A DNA stretch of 64,000 nucleotides from assembly GCA_000146465.1 (NCBI GenBank), contig CP001947.1; one strand, given 5' to 3'. The notes beneath the pieces were generated by a model. It searched no databases. It was not told the origin of the DNA and worked only from the letters and a program-made list of their open reading frames with translations. The position numbers and the translations under genes are program-made. Shown in pieces: positions 26,171 to 35,889 of this stretch; within the stretch, counting starts at the first letter, position 1, and every line of letters begins with the position of its first letter.

Positions 26171-26935
26171 ATGTCCATGAAAAGTATTCCATACGATGGC
26201 GATCTCGAGATGAGTGAAGAACAGGATGAAACCAATGTGTCTGTAACGATGCCTAGAGAAACCATGGAAGACTCTAGGTTTTGTAAGATTTGCTACTCAT
26301 TAAGAAACCCAATAAATATGAAGGACGACTTAATTTCTCCTTGCAATTGCAAAGGATCCATCGGGCTTGTCCACGGGGTGTGTCTGAAGATGTGGAGATA
26401 CAGAGGTAAAAGAATCAAGGACATAAGAAAGTGTGAGCAATGCTCTTCATTCTATAAGCTGGACAACGAAGTAGTCCCCCACAGGATTGTTGTCTCGCTT
26501 GCAACTATCGGTGTCTTAGTCCTAATATACCTGGTGTCGACCATCTTGTTTAAGTCGCTGGTCGATGCATTTGCCATAATAATAAGAGACTTCTTCTTTA
26601 CAGATGGCCATGGATTGGTAGACCTTGAGATGGGAAGAGGCCGAGGCCTTGACTATGTTTTTTTTCAAAAGCAATCTTTCACAGAATACAAATTTATTGA
26701 GACAAATGGATTTATATATCTTTTTATCACAGTTATGCTCTACCAGATCTTTTCAAGACTAAGTTTCTTTTCGATATTCAACTACATGTTCACATTTTGG
26801 AGGCTAAACCAATTTGACTTCGCAGTAGACAAGATTCTCTTTGGATTTATGTCTATGTATTACATGAAGAAGGCATACAACGACATCTACAGTAGGGTTG
26901 ACTCCGGGCTTATCTTCTTTCTGAACTATAAATAG
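26171..26935 (+). CDS. RING-CH (MARCH-type) E3 ubiquitin ligase membrane protein
   Basis: C4HC3 RING-variant CKICY...CNCKGSIGLVHGVCLKMW...CEQC followed by TM helices. Confidence 0.65.
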   Translation: MSMKSIPYDGDLEMSEEQDETNVSVTMPRETMEDSRFCKICYSLRNPINMKDDLISPCNCKGSIGLVHGVCLKMWRYRGKRIKDIRKCEQCSSFYKLDNEVVPHRIVVSLATIGVLVLIYLVSTILFKSLVDAFAIIIRDFFFTDGHGLVDLEMGRGRGLDYVFFQKQSFTEYKFIETNGFIYLFITVMLYQIFSRLSFFSIFNYMFTFWRLNQFDFAVDKILFGFMSMYYMKKAYNDIYSRVDSGLIFFLNYK

Positions 26936-27019
26936 AGACGGCATAGCTCGGGATGCTTCATCACAATTAAACTATCTTTTCTAATACAGTAGACATCTAG
27001 AAAACACTTTATATCCCTG

Positions 27020-27580
27020 ATGTTTGTGCTAGTTGAGACGGTGTATTTTATTCTCTTGCCAATAGTAACAGTTGCTTCTCACATGTTCATGAACAACCTG
27101 ACAAGACACGGACACATACCCCAAGGAATATCAAAGAATAACTATCAGTATTTTTACGCATACGGCCTGATTCTATCATTGCTACTACCGATGAAGAACA
27201 TCTATCCACTTCATCTTGGACGTAGGCTTGCAGAAACCAAGGTTTTCAAATACTCTAATAGAAGCAAAATGAGTATCCTGCACTTTATTCACGGGCTGTT
27301 GTATTACACATTCGTTTGTGCACATCTTAGGAACAAGAGAATTGGAAACGTATATGTGTTTCTATTTCTCAATATCCTTCAGCTGGTTTCCCACTACTAT
27401 GTCTTTGTCCGAAAGACGTTTGTGTACACCCATTACATTGTTGAGGTGATGATATACGGATTTATTTGTTGGGAAGTTAGAACAATACAAATGCTCTTCA
27501 ATTTGCTGTATGTATTGTCTTTTGTATTTTCGACAATTATGAACAGAAGGACTTGCAGAAGTAAGATATTTTCCAAATAA
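27020..27580 (+). CDS. Hypothetical polytopic membrane protein (186 aa)
   Basis: Four to five hydrophobic helices. TATATCCCTG precedes the ATG. No family recognised. Confidence 0.45.
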   Translation: MFVLVETVYFILLPIVTVASHMFMNNLTRHGHIPQGISKNNYQYFYAYGLILSLLLPMKNIYPLHLGRRLAETKVFKYSNRSKMSILHFIHGLLYYTFVCAHLRNKRIGNVYVFLFLNILQLVSHYYVFVRKTFVYTHYIVEVMIYGFICWEVRTIQMLFNLLYVLSFVFSTIMNRRTCRSKIFSK

Positions 27581-27594
27581 CGAATATCCCCGTG

Positions 27595-28557
27595 ATGGAT
27601 TTCAATCTTCTTAACCAAAAACTAACAGGGAAAACCGAGGTAGGACTTCTATCCACAGAGGATTATAAGCATATGATCAAAGATGTTTATGACTACATAA
27701 GAGAAAACCATCCCCGTATAGACACATTTCTACTTCATGGAGAGGGTATACTCTGCCCTTTAAAAGCTCGGAGTTTTGAATTTTTCGTGCTTCTTGGAGT
27801 TTATTGCCCTATCCATCCTTTTAAGGACTTCATAAGTATAGAAACACACATGTCTCAGGAAGACAAGAACAATCTGGAGTCGGACTCTCGGTGTATAGTT
27901 TATGATTCAAGCTATGGAGTCCTTTCCTTGAAAGAGTCTGAGGAAATGTATTCCAGAGATGTTCTTGTGGTGACTAGGAATCAAATGTTCTATGACTATT
28001 ACCTCTACAAATATAATGCCAGGTCTTTCTACGAATTAGAAGGGCGAGACCGAATGCAGTACCTTGCATCTAAATGCAACAAAGGAGAGATGGTTCGGGA
28101 TCTGCAGGTATTTGCAATAATATTTACATCGAGGGTCTACGAAGAGTTGGCAAGGTCAATAAGGAAAAAGCTTATTTCCAGGCGTAAGAATGCATACCTC
28201 CTGTTTCTAAAGGATCTTTCGTATGAAAGAATGATAACAATAGAGGGAACCGAATGCATTGTGATTGTTGATTGCCCTTTCTTTGAGTGTTCTCTTGAAA
28301 TGCACATTCCTGTTGTAACGCCTTTTGAAGTTGAGTATGCGCTTTCCAGAGAGTGGAGAAGATTTGATAAAAACTCATTTCGTGTGGAGGATGAGGCTAC
28401 GAGCAACTGCAAAGAACTGGATCTTGTGGAAAGAGCCGGGAAGATTCTACTAAGATCTTCTGGACAAATTGTTCCGTTTTCCTATGAAGAAGAAGACATG
28501 GATATCCATAGCGGAGAAAGTGGGATTGCATGTAGGTACGACCATGAAGGCGTGTGA
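27595..28557 (+). CDS. Diphthamide biosynthesis protein Dph1/Dph2-like (tentative)
   Basis: Segments RCIVYDSSYGVLS and ECIVIVDCPFFECSLEMHIPVVTPFEVEYAL resemble the Dph1/2 blocks ADTSYGACCVD and ...ACPRL.ID...PLLTPYE. ATG 27595, preceded by AATATCCCCGTG. Confidence 0.4.
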   Translation: MDFNLLNQKLTGKTEVGLLSTEDYKHMIKDVYDYIRENHPRIDTFLLHGEGILCPLKARSFEFFVLLGVYCPIHPFKDFISIETHMSQEDKNNLESDSRCIVYDSSYGVLSLKESEEMYSRDVLVVTRNQMFYDYYLYKYNARSFYELEGRDRMQYLASKCNKGEMVRDLQVFAIIFTSRVYEELARSIRKKLISRRKNAYLLFLKDLSYERMITIEGTECIVIVDCPFFECSLEMHIPVVTPFEVEYALSREWRRFDKNSFRVEDEATSNCKELDLVERAGKILLRSSGQIVPFSYEEEDMDIHSGESGIACRYDHEGV

Positions 28558-28687
28558 AGGGCTAACAATAGAGGAGGCTATGGGCAGTATTATTTTTGTA
28601 GTAGGACATGTTTTTTGGATAGAAAAAGGTAGCAAACAAACATATGGTATAATTTAAAGATAAAAACTTTTGGCGATCAAGATTCCA

Positions 28688-29224
28688 TTACTTTTTAATC
28701 AAGGATCTTATTGAGCGGAAAACATTTACAATCACCATTGATGGCTCGGATTCCTTGATTTTCTTGGAACCCTTCTTCTTCGGGGCACTCTTATGATTGG
28801 CCATGAAGGCTAGATATTTAATACCGAAATATATCAAGTCGAGTGCTAACAAGCCAACCACAATGGACATTAAAATTACATAAAGATTGTTTCTGAAGTT
28901 CTCTTTTCCCCCAATATATAGGTATGAGTTGGCAAGTATAAAGTCATATGCAGGTTTTTTGTTTTTCAAGATGTTGTAAGCTTCAGTCAGGAGAGCTACA
29001 GCATCCTCTCTTTTCTCGATGCCAGGAATAGGTCTCGGGCGCTTCATCATTTTTTGGTATAGCTTCTTTACAGTGTTGATAGATGTGTTTTCTGATACCC
29101 CAAAAACCTCGTAAAAAGTGCTGTACTTTGTCTGTTCGTGAAGCCTTTTGATGGCCATAAGTGTGGAGTTAAGATCTTCTGGAATTGCCATTGCAAGTGC
29201 TACAAAAAGAGACAGATACTTCAT
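28688..29224 (-). CDS. Membrane protein with degenerate J-like domain (signal peptide + TM)
   Basis: FYEVFGVSENTSINTVKKLYQKMMK...LLTEAYNIL resembles a J domain but lacks HPD. N-terminal signal sequence and one TM segment. GTAACCCCAG precedes the ATG. Confidence 0.4.
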   Translation of the reverse strand: MKYLSLFVALAMAIPEDLNSTLMAIKRLHEQTKYSTFYEVFGVSENTSINTVKKLYQKMMKRPRPIPGIEKREDAVALLTEAYNILKNKKPAYDFILANSYLYIGGKENFRNNLYVILMSIVVGLLALDLIYFGIKYLAFMANHKSAPKKKGSKKIKESEPSMVIVNVFRSIRSLIKK

Positions 29225-29269
29225 CTGGGGTTACAAACAAAATCAAGGAATTTACTCAAGGCCCTAAAA

Positions 29270-29710
29270 ATGTCCGGAATAATTTATGAAAACAGGGGAG
29301 TAAATACGGAATACACGGATGTCTTTTCTAGCCTGGTAGAAGACCTGAAGAACGATGTTCTATCGTTACAACTCACAAACTTCGATGACGTAAACCATTT
29401 GTACAAGACAGAAGGAAGATGCTCTATGAATGTAAAGGATCTGGAGGATTACACAGAAAGCACCCAAGTAAAGAATATCGATTATAATGGCCAAAAATAC
29501 ATTTTCATGAGAGCCATCAGTGATGATGCACAACCTTCTTTGATATTTATCAGCGTGGATGGAGACGAAAGAGGACGAAAAAGAGGACTGCTGGTGACAT
29601 CCTTCTGTGAAATCCTCAAGATGATTGTTACTTTCGATTATCAGGTTGCCAACAGCGTAACAGCCAGGATCTTCAAGGTTCTTGAAGAATATTCTTGCGA
29701 AGAGGAGTGA
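29270..29710 (+). CDS. Hypothetical protein (146 aa), possible longin/roadblock-like fold
   Basis: The track start at 29138 overlaps the divergent gene. The internal ATG at 29270 is preceded by the strong motif GGCCCTAAAAATG, identical to the ribosomal-protein gene motif. No family recognised from sequence. Confidence 0.45.
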   Translation: MSGIIYENRGVNTEYTDVFSSLVEDLKNDVLSLQLTNFDDVNHLYKTEGRCSMNVKDLEDYTESTQVKNIDYNGQKYIFMRAISDDAQPSLIFISVDGDERGRKRGLLVTSFCEILKMIVTFDYQVANSVTARIFKVLEEYSCEEE

Positions 29711-29787
29711 AGGAAAAAGCCTTTAGAATCCTTCATGATTAAATATTCATGATATTTATATGCCCATTGGTACATTTATTAGGCCTT

Positions 29788-30744
29788 ATGAGGATAACAT
29801 CGTTCAATGTTAACGGGATCCGCTCCTTCAGTAAGTATATAATGAAGAGCCACAGGCTGAGGTTCAATGATTATGTCAAGGAAACTCTCAAGGCAGACAT
29901 TCTATGTGTTCAAGAAACCAGAGGAAACAAGAATGCCTTGAATGAGTTCCACTCTCTCAAGGACTACATCACATTTACAAGTACAAACAAGAGAAATAGT
30001 GGAAGGTCGGGTGTTTCAACAATTGTATCAAAAAAACTGTATTGTCGAGGGATCCTCCCCTCGCCATTTTCGGAAGAAGGGAGATCGTTGCTAACCGACC
30101 ACGGGGATTACAAGGTCCTGAACCTGTATTTCCCCTTTTTCGACGAGAATTCCGGGAAGGATAAATCCGAAGTGATTAAGTTTTATAATGAAGTTGGGAG
30201 GTTTATTAGGATGCATGAAAACATGGTTATCTGCGGGGACTTTAATGCAGTATATTCGATTGTGGACCATTACCAATTCTACAATGAACTTCTACGTATA
30301 CAACGCATGGGGAGGACGGGATGGACGAAGGAAACAAGACGAATGAAGAAATGCCCGTCCAAGACCGAGCTTCCTTATGAATTTTGCAGTGAAGATGCAT
30401 TAGAAGCCTATTTCTTTGAAGTACAACAAAGAAAGTGGCTAAAGAATCTAGTGGACTCGGGGGAGTATATAGATACTTACAGGATTCTGCATACAAGGCC
30501 TGAGTCGTACACATGCTGGAACACCATGCTTAACCTGCGCCCTCGCAACTTGGGTACGAGAATAGACTACATTCTTATTCCATCGGGTTTCTTCTACAAG
30601 CTCAAGGATTGCGATATACAACCTAAGATCTACGGAAGCGACCATTGCCCAGTGTACGCAGAGATGGATTTTAAGATCACAGACGATGGAAATAACATCC
30701 TAGACAAAAGAAAAAACAACATACTTGATTTCTTTGGGTCCTGA
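29788..30744 (+). CDS. AP endonuclease, exonuclease III family (APN2/APEX-like)
   Basis: MRITSFNVNGIRS, LCVQETR, ICGDFN and SDHCPV motifs of the ExoIII/EEP family. Start set at ATG 29788. Confidence 0.8.
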   Translation: MRITSFNVNGIRSFSKYIMKSHRLRFNDYVKETLKADILCVQETRGNKNALNEFHSLKDYITFTSTNKRNSGRSGVSTIVSKKLYCRGILPSPFSEEGRSLLTDHGDYKVLNLYFPFFDENSGKDKSEVIKFYNEVGRFIRMHENMVICGDFNAVYSIVDHYQFYNELLRIQRMGRTGWTKETRRMKKCPSKTELPYEFCSEDALEAYFFEVQQRKWLKNLVDSGEYIDTYRILHTRPESYTCWNTMLNLRPRNLGTRIDYILIPSGFFYKLKDCDIQPKIYGSDHCPVYAEMDFKITDDGNNILDKRKNNILDFFGS

Positions 30745-30764
30745 AACAAAAATGACAGTCCTAC

Positions 30765-31322
30765 TTAAACAGCCTTCCTTATGTTTTCAGAAACTATGTT
30801 TAGATGATTTCCATTAATCTTCCATAGAGAACAATTGGACAGTACTATAATCGCACCCACCTTCAATCCAAATTCGTCAACCACTCTCTGGGAACAAGAC
30901 CCGTATATGGAGTCGCTTTCGTCTACTAGCTCTAAACAAGCTACATCTCCTCCAAACATGTCTAGTTTTTTGATTATCCCTGTAAACTCTCCTTCAACCT
31001 TATACTTTTTGCTTTTCTTTATTTCATCTATGTCCATTTTGGCCTGTATTTCTCTTCTTATCTGCTTTAGTACATTAAAATCTAACTTCATGATGTGAAG
31101 CGGCGTAGAAACTTGGGAGGATGTAAGCTCATGGATATCTTCTTCATCTTCATCTAAGGTTTTTTCGACTTCCTCCTGGTTAAATGGGTTATGTGGATCT
31201 TCGTCAGACAGGTCTTTAGATGCGGTGTCGTCCATAGGATGGTCACTATCATTTTCTAAGGAACTTGCTTCGTCTCTCTCTTTTGTTTCTGTGTTTCTAA
31301 TCTGTGAAATTAACTCGTCCAT
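30765..31322 (-). CDS. Hypothetical acidic protein (185 aa)
   Basis: D/E-rich N-terminal half, ordered C-terminal half. True ATG. No family recognised. Confidence 0.4.
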   Translation of the reverse strand: MDELISQIRNTETKERDEASSLENDSDHPMDDTASKDLSDEDPHNPFNQEEVEKTLDEDEEDIHELTSSQVSTPLHIMKLDFNVLKQIRREIQAKMDIDEIKKSKKYKVEGEFTGIIKKLDMFGGDVACLELVDESDSIYGSCSQRVVDEFGLKVGAIIVLSNCSLWKINGNHLNIVSENIRKAV

Positions 31323-31374
31323 ATAAGCAATGGTAATTGAAGGGATTCTATCTAAAAAGAATTTGGAAACTGAT

Positions 31375-31905
31375 TTAATGTCTCTTTAGCAAGGACTGAT
31401 CAAATAGGAACAAACCTACGCCTTCTCCTCCACATCTTGTGCAGTTGACATATAAGTCGTTGAACTCCGAAATAGATTCTACCTGTTCGGCGATAAAATC
31501 CTCCAAGAATTGGACAATGGTCTCATCTCCTGCTTTTGCAGCTATTTCAGAAATAGTCAATATATTGTCAAGCACAGTCTGCTCAAACTCTTTGGAGGCC
31601 TTGAGAATATCACTTGTCTTTTCATACTTCTTTATGTCTGGAGCCTCTATGGTCCTGAACTCAATATTCAATCCTCTCATGTTCATAAAGTCAATGATTT
31701 TTTGTGCATGTTCGTTTTCCTCAAGACTGTTTTTCTTGAAGAAGCCAGCCAGTCCTTTGAGGCAGACATTGGGGTCTTCAAAATGGGCAGCACATGCAGT
31801 GTAGAAGTAAAATGCATTGTACTCCAATAACAATTGAGAAGAGAGGAGTAGGCCTGCTTCCATTTTCCATTCATCAGTTGAAGCTTCTCTTGTCTCGGGA
31901 TTCAT
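31375..31905 (-). CDS. Ferritin
   Basis: Over about 175 aa it aligns with eukaryotic ferritin H-chain: LLLEYNAFYFY..HFEDPNVCLKGLAGFFKKNSLEENEHAQKIIDFMNMRGLNIEFRTIEAP versus [65 protein letters not shown], and GVGLFLFDQSLL versus GLAEYLFDKHTL. Start set at ATG 31903-31905. The N-terminal 56 codons of the track ORF overlap the divergent RQC2 gene. Confidence 0.75.
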   Translation of the reverse strand: MNPETREASTDEWKMEAGLLLSSQLLLEYNAFYFYTACAAHFEDPNVCLKGLAGFFKKNSLEENEHAQKIIDFMNMRGLNIEFRTIEAPDIKKYEKTSDILKASKEFEQTVLDNILTISEIAAKAGDETIVQFLEDFIAEQVESISEFNDLYVNCTRCGGEGVGLFLFDQSLLKRH

Positions 31906-31996
31906 TGTATAGTAAACAAATATGTTGTTAAGAGTAGTTTCATCTTCTTTGAGATGATACTTACTCCAGAAATATTTGCAGAAAGAAAGAGCCCTG

Positions 31997-33943
31997 ATGA
32001 AGCAGAGATACACCTTTTTAGACATCAGAGCAACAGTCAACGAGTTGAAGCCTAGACTGGTGGGAAAGTTCATCCAGAACTTCTATACGACATCTCAGAG
32101 AATCATCTACATAAAGTTCAGTAACAAAGATATCCTCCTTGTCGAGCCGGGTGTTAGAATCCACTTGACGCAGGAGCATGACATGGACATTTCCCATTTC
32201 TGCAAGATTCTGCGAAGAAAGGCCAGAAGAGACAAGGTTGTTGATATATATCAATGCGGATTTGATCGGGTGGTTGTTTTAGAGCTTGGAAGGCAGAAGA
32301 TTGTATTTGAATTCTTTTCAGGGGGGAATATTTTGATTGTAGAAGATGGAAAGATAGCAGAAATATTTCGGGTTGTCAAGGACTTAGATATTGTCAAAGG
32401 GTCAGAGTATGTGTTCAATAAGGTTGACTTTGACCTTAGCATTGATGCTTTTATCAAGAACGATCTGAAAGATTTTCTCCCCCTAGACGACCTCCTGGTC
32501 AAGAAGGTCTTGAACGAACTAGGCACCCGGATCAAGGCTGATCCTATAGACATGAAAAAAGCAGCACAGAACGGTATTCCGATAAAGGAAGATGTCAAGA
32601 GCATATTCTTGGAGTTCATGAGTGAGTTCCGAAAGACGATGGAGGATATTCAAGGATATGGAGGTGTTATCATGGAAAAGGGAAAGCCATCGAATCTGAT
32701 TCCATTTAAGGCTGATGGGGCAAAGGACTTCAACACATTTAATGATGCTGCAGAGTATTTCTTTCAAGGGAGAAAGAAATTTGGAAAGAACGATAGAGAG
32801 ACAAAAGTGGATAAGGTGAGAAAAAGACAAGAAAACTATATGAAGGAGATGGAGCAGCAGGGAGAATGTTATAGGAAGAAGGCAGAGCTATTGGAAAAAA
32901 ATGCGGATCTTGTTAACCGAATCCTGGAGATCTTCAAAGTTGTTAGAAAAAACAAAGTGAAATGGACGGATTTTGAAAAGTTCCGAGAACAAGAGAACAA
33001 GAAAGGAAGCGAGGTTTCCAAGGCTATTGTGAAGACGGATTTTGTATCCCACACATGTTGGATAACTTTAGAAGGAGAAGAGATTCCGATTGATTTTAAT
33101 ATCTCACTATTCAATAATGTAAGCGAGTTTTATCAAAAAAGTAAGAAACTCGAAGAGAAGATTAGGAAGACTAGAGACAGTCTTGGAGAAGTGCTAAAGA
33201 AGATAGCGCCAAAGGTGGAGACTAAGAAAATCACAAGAACTCTGTATTGGTTTGAGAAGTTCCATTTCTTCTTTTCTTCAGACGGTGTACTTGTGATCGG
33301 GGGGAAAACTGCCCAGCAGAATGAAATTCTTGTTAAGAAGCATCTAGAGCCTACAGACTTGTACTTCCATAGTGATGTACATGGTGCTTCAAGTATTATT
33401 GTCAAGAAGCCTACAGAGAAGACTATTGTAGAGACGGCATCGATGGCGCTTTGTATGTCAAGATGTTGGGAGACAAATGTTGTTTCTCCTGTATGGTATG
33501 TTTATGGTGAACAGGTTAGCAAGACGGCACCTTCAGGGGAGTATTTGGGAAAAGGGTCTTTTATGATAAAGGGAAAGAAGAACTATGTGGATTGCCATAA
33601 GATAGAGTATGGGCTAGGATTGTTATTTCGAGTTTTCGAGGATATTGAAAAGCAGGTTGAAAACATGAAGGTTGATGAGAAGGAAAACCACAAGTTTGTG
33701 AGCGATCCGGAGGGGATGGAGATTGTCCATTCGATGCCTGTGTGTGGGCCTTGGAGTGTCATATCGACCTACAAATATAAAGTCAGGCTTGTGCCCGGAA
33801 GAGAAAGAAAAGGAAAACTGGTGCAGGAAGTATCGAAAAGATTTGTTGGGCAGGCGCCTGATAGCGAGAAGAGCTATGTGAGAAGTATATCGGTAGAAGA
33901 ATACATTAACGTTCTTTTTGGAAATGTCCGAATAGGAAAATGA
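31997..33943 (+). CDS. RQC2: Ribosome quality-control complex subunit Rqc2/Tae2 (NEMF; NFACT family)
   Basis: N-terminus MKQRYTFLDIRATVNELKPRLVGKFIQNFY (NFACT-N). NFACT-R block YWFEKFHFFFSSDGVLVIGGKTAQQNEILVKKHLEPTDLYFHSDVHGASSIIVKKP. Start at the second ATG (31997), directly preceded by AGAGCCCTG. Confidence 0.8.
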   Translation: MKQRYTFLDIRATVNELKPRLVGKFIQNFYTTSQRIIYIKFSNKDILLVEPGVRIHLTQEHDMDISHFCKILRRKARRDKVVDIYQCGFDRVVVLELGRQKIVFEFFSGGNILIVEDGKIAEIFRVVKDLDIVKGSEYVFNKVDFDLSIDAFIKNDLKDFLPLDDLLVKKVLNELGTRIKADPIDMKKAAQNGIPIKEDVKSIFLEFMSEFRKTMEDIQGYGGVIMEKGKPSNLIPFKADGAKDFNTFNDAAEYFFQGRKKFGKNDRETKVDKVRKRQENYMKEMEQQGECYRKKAELLEKNADLVNRILEIFKVVRKNKVKWTDFEKFREQENKKGSEVSKAIVKTDFVSHTCWITLEGEEIPIDFNISLFNNVSEFYQKSKKLEEKIRKTRDSLGEVLKKIAPKVETKKITRTLYWFEKFHFFFSSDGVLVIGGKTAQQNEILVKKHLEPTDLYFHSDVHGASSIIVKKPTEKTIVETASMALCMSRCWETNVVSPVWYVYGEQVSKTAPSGEYLGKGSFMIKGKKNYVDCHKIEYGLGLLFRVFEDIEKQVENMKVDEKENHKFVSDPEGMEIVHSMPVCGPWSVISTYKYKVRLVPGRERKGKLVQEVSKRFVGQAPDSEKSYVRSISVEEYINVLFGNVRIGK

Positions 33944-34152
33944 TGTCTGATTAAAGATTATAAAGAATGTTTTTAGACGCCCCTCAAAGCAGAAGAAGGG
34001 ATGTAGCTTGTGCAAAGTCCTTTAAACGCTTTTAAACAAAGCACCAGAGGCAAAACATTCATGTGTTCCTAATAGTGCATGAACACCTATCCTCTGGAAC
34101 ATTTTTATTGTAATTTTTCGTTGTATAAATTTTTTTCTGATGGGCTTGGAGG

Positions 34153-35289
34153 ATGGGAGAGCACGAGACAAAGAGAAGGTACTCGCTTAGAAGAAGGAAG
34201 GATCCTTCGAAGGAGGTTACAAGGGCTAGAGGATCCAAGGTTGAGAAGGATTTAGACTTGGGTAGAACAGCCTTGATCGGGAAGTGGCTGGAGAAGCTAA
34301 AGGACCTTGGGCTGAATAGCGAAGAAAATACAATTCTAGAGAAGAAGAGTACGAGAGATGGGGAAGAGGTGTTTGGAGCTTCTAATAAAGAGGATTCCTG
34401 TATTGAGGAATGGAAAACGACATCAAATGAGGAGAGAAAGGAAAAGATTCGGCAGTTTGGTGGGATATCACATTTAGAATTTAAAGGACTGAGTCTAAAT
34501 TTCCATCTTTATCTTCCAAAGACTCTCCAGAAGTTGTCAAGAATATTCCGCGTCTTAGAAACAATTCAACGCTTTAATACAGCAAGAAACCTGACAACGA
34601 TTTTTATAAAATCGTTAGGATGTATAGAAAATCTTGTTAAACAGCGAGTGCAGGTGGAGGACATTGAAAGAATGTATTACATAGCTCCGAGGCTTTTTGG
34701 ATTCAAAAGGATAAATATTCACCATGACGGAAAGGAAGTTAGGACTTTTGTCATTTATATTAATGGAGAAGCAAGGGAATTTAACGAAGAGCTTGAGAGG
34801 TATGTTAAAGATTGCCACCTAAAGTTTCTCAAAGAGAGGGGATATGATTACAATGGAAATGGATTCCATCCTGAATTTGACTTTGAAGAGATCCCCTTGT
34901 ATAGGAAGCCTTTATTTCCTGAAGAAGCTCAAGAGGAAGAAGCCTCTGGAAACGAAAACCTTATTCCGGTGAAAAGAAATCTTAAAATAGAAGAAGTAGC
35001 CAGGAAAAGAGCATCTACCATATTGGAAAGGATAAGGGAGAAGGAAAGGATGAGAAGAGAGGAGTTTATGAATAAATCTAAGGAGGAAGAGGATAATGTT
35101 CTTTTGAGCAATAGAATCCAAATCCTATTTAAGTCAGAAAACAAGCGTGCAATTCCAGTTAGTAGAGTCGTGGAGCTATTGAAGATATTTGATGGAGCAA
35201 ACACAATTAACAGAATCATCAAATGGGATTCCTCTCTGTTTTACATAAAAACCATGAACGGAACGGAGTACCTTGTCTCTAAAGGCTAA
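34153..35289 (+). CDS. Cdt1-like DNA replication licensing factor (tentative)
   Basis: Middle region TTIFIKSLGCIENLVKQRVQVEDIERMYYIAPRLFGFKRI resembles the Cdt1 central winged-helix block (tF..V...V..........qI.tVyP..Y.f). C-terminal ...IPVSRVVELLKIF...LFYIKTMNGTEYLV is WH-like. Confidence 0.4.
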   Translation: MGEHETKRRYSLRRRKDPSKEVTRARGSKVEKDLDLGRTALIGKWLEKLKDLGLNSEENTILEKKSTRDGEEVFGASNKEDSCIEEWKTTSNEERKEKIRQFGGISHLEFKGLSLNFHLYLPKTLQKLSRIFRVLETIQRFNTARNLTTIFIKSLGCIENLVKQRVQVEDIERMYYIAPRLFGFKRINIHHDGKEVRTFVIYINGEAREFNEELERYVKDCHLKFLKERGYDYNGNGFHPEFDFEEIPLYRKPLFPEEAQEEEASGNENLIPVKRNLKIEEVARKRASTILERIREKERMRREEFMNKSKEEEDNVLLSNRIQILFKSENKRAIPVSRVVELLKIFDGANTINRIIKWDSSLFYIKTMNGTEYLVSKG

Positions 35290-35889
35290 TGTAAGCTTGA
35301 ATGAATATTTAGATTTTTATTTTCTTCTTCTGGACTCCATGGTATTATAGCCCCCTAGGACATGGAATAGATCCTTTATGAAATACTTTAATTACTTTAA
35401 AAGTCTCGGATAGGCTAAATGTTCTTTCGCCTAGCATATGTTCTTGGGGATGATATACAATTAGGTTATAAAGCTAAGACATTTTGGGCAAAGACCCAAC
35501 CAAAAGATTTCCGTCCTTCATGGGAATTGGCGGCCGGTTTATTTCCGTAGTACTCATGCATGCTGAGAAGTTTTCTGGTAAGAATCCTGTGCTTGGAGAT
35601 CCTTTGTCTTTGGTTTTATCTATTCTCAAAGAAAAGAGATTTTTTTCTAATTTATTCTGGAGAATCCTTGGAACCTCGAGGCTGCCTGAAGCTTTCATCA
35701 GGGTGGCAGTTAAGGCCTGTTTTTTAATAACTTCGTACTCCAACAAAGAGGAATTGAAAGAAGTAGGACGATAACCAACTGCTCTTGGATTTAAACAGAA
35801 GGACTTGGAGCCTGATTTATGTTTCCAACTGGAAGTGTACCCTTGCTAAGTTTTCCCACTCTATATATTCTGCATATGTAAATGTCCTT

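Noticed and set aside
33623-34015. 130-aa minus-strand ORF inside or after RQC2, and similar antisense ORFs (e.g. 2964..3349, 5357..5782, 16269..16577, 40556..41104)
   Set aside because: They are antisense to strongly supported conserved genes, have low-complexity or odd composition, and often have TTG or GTG 'starts'. Treated as non-coding.
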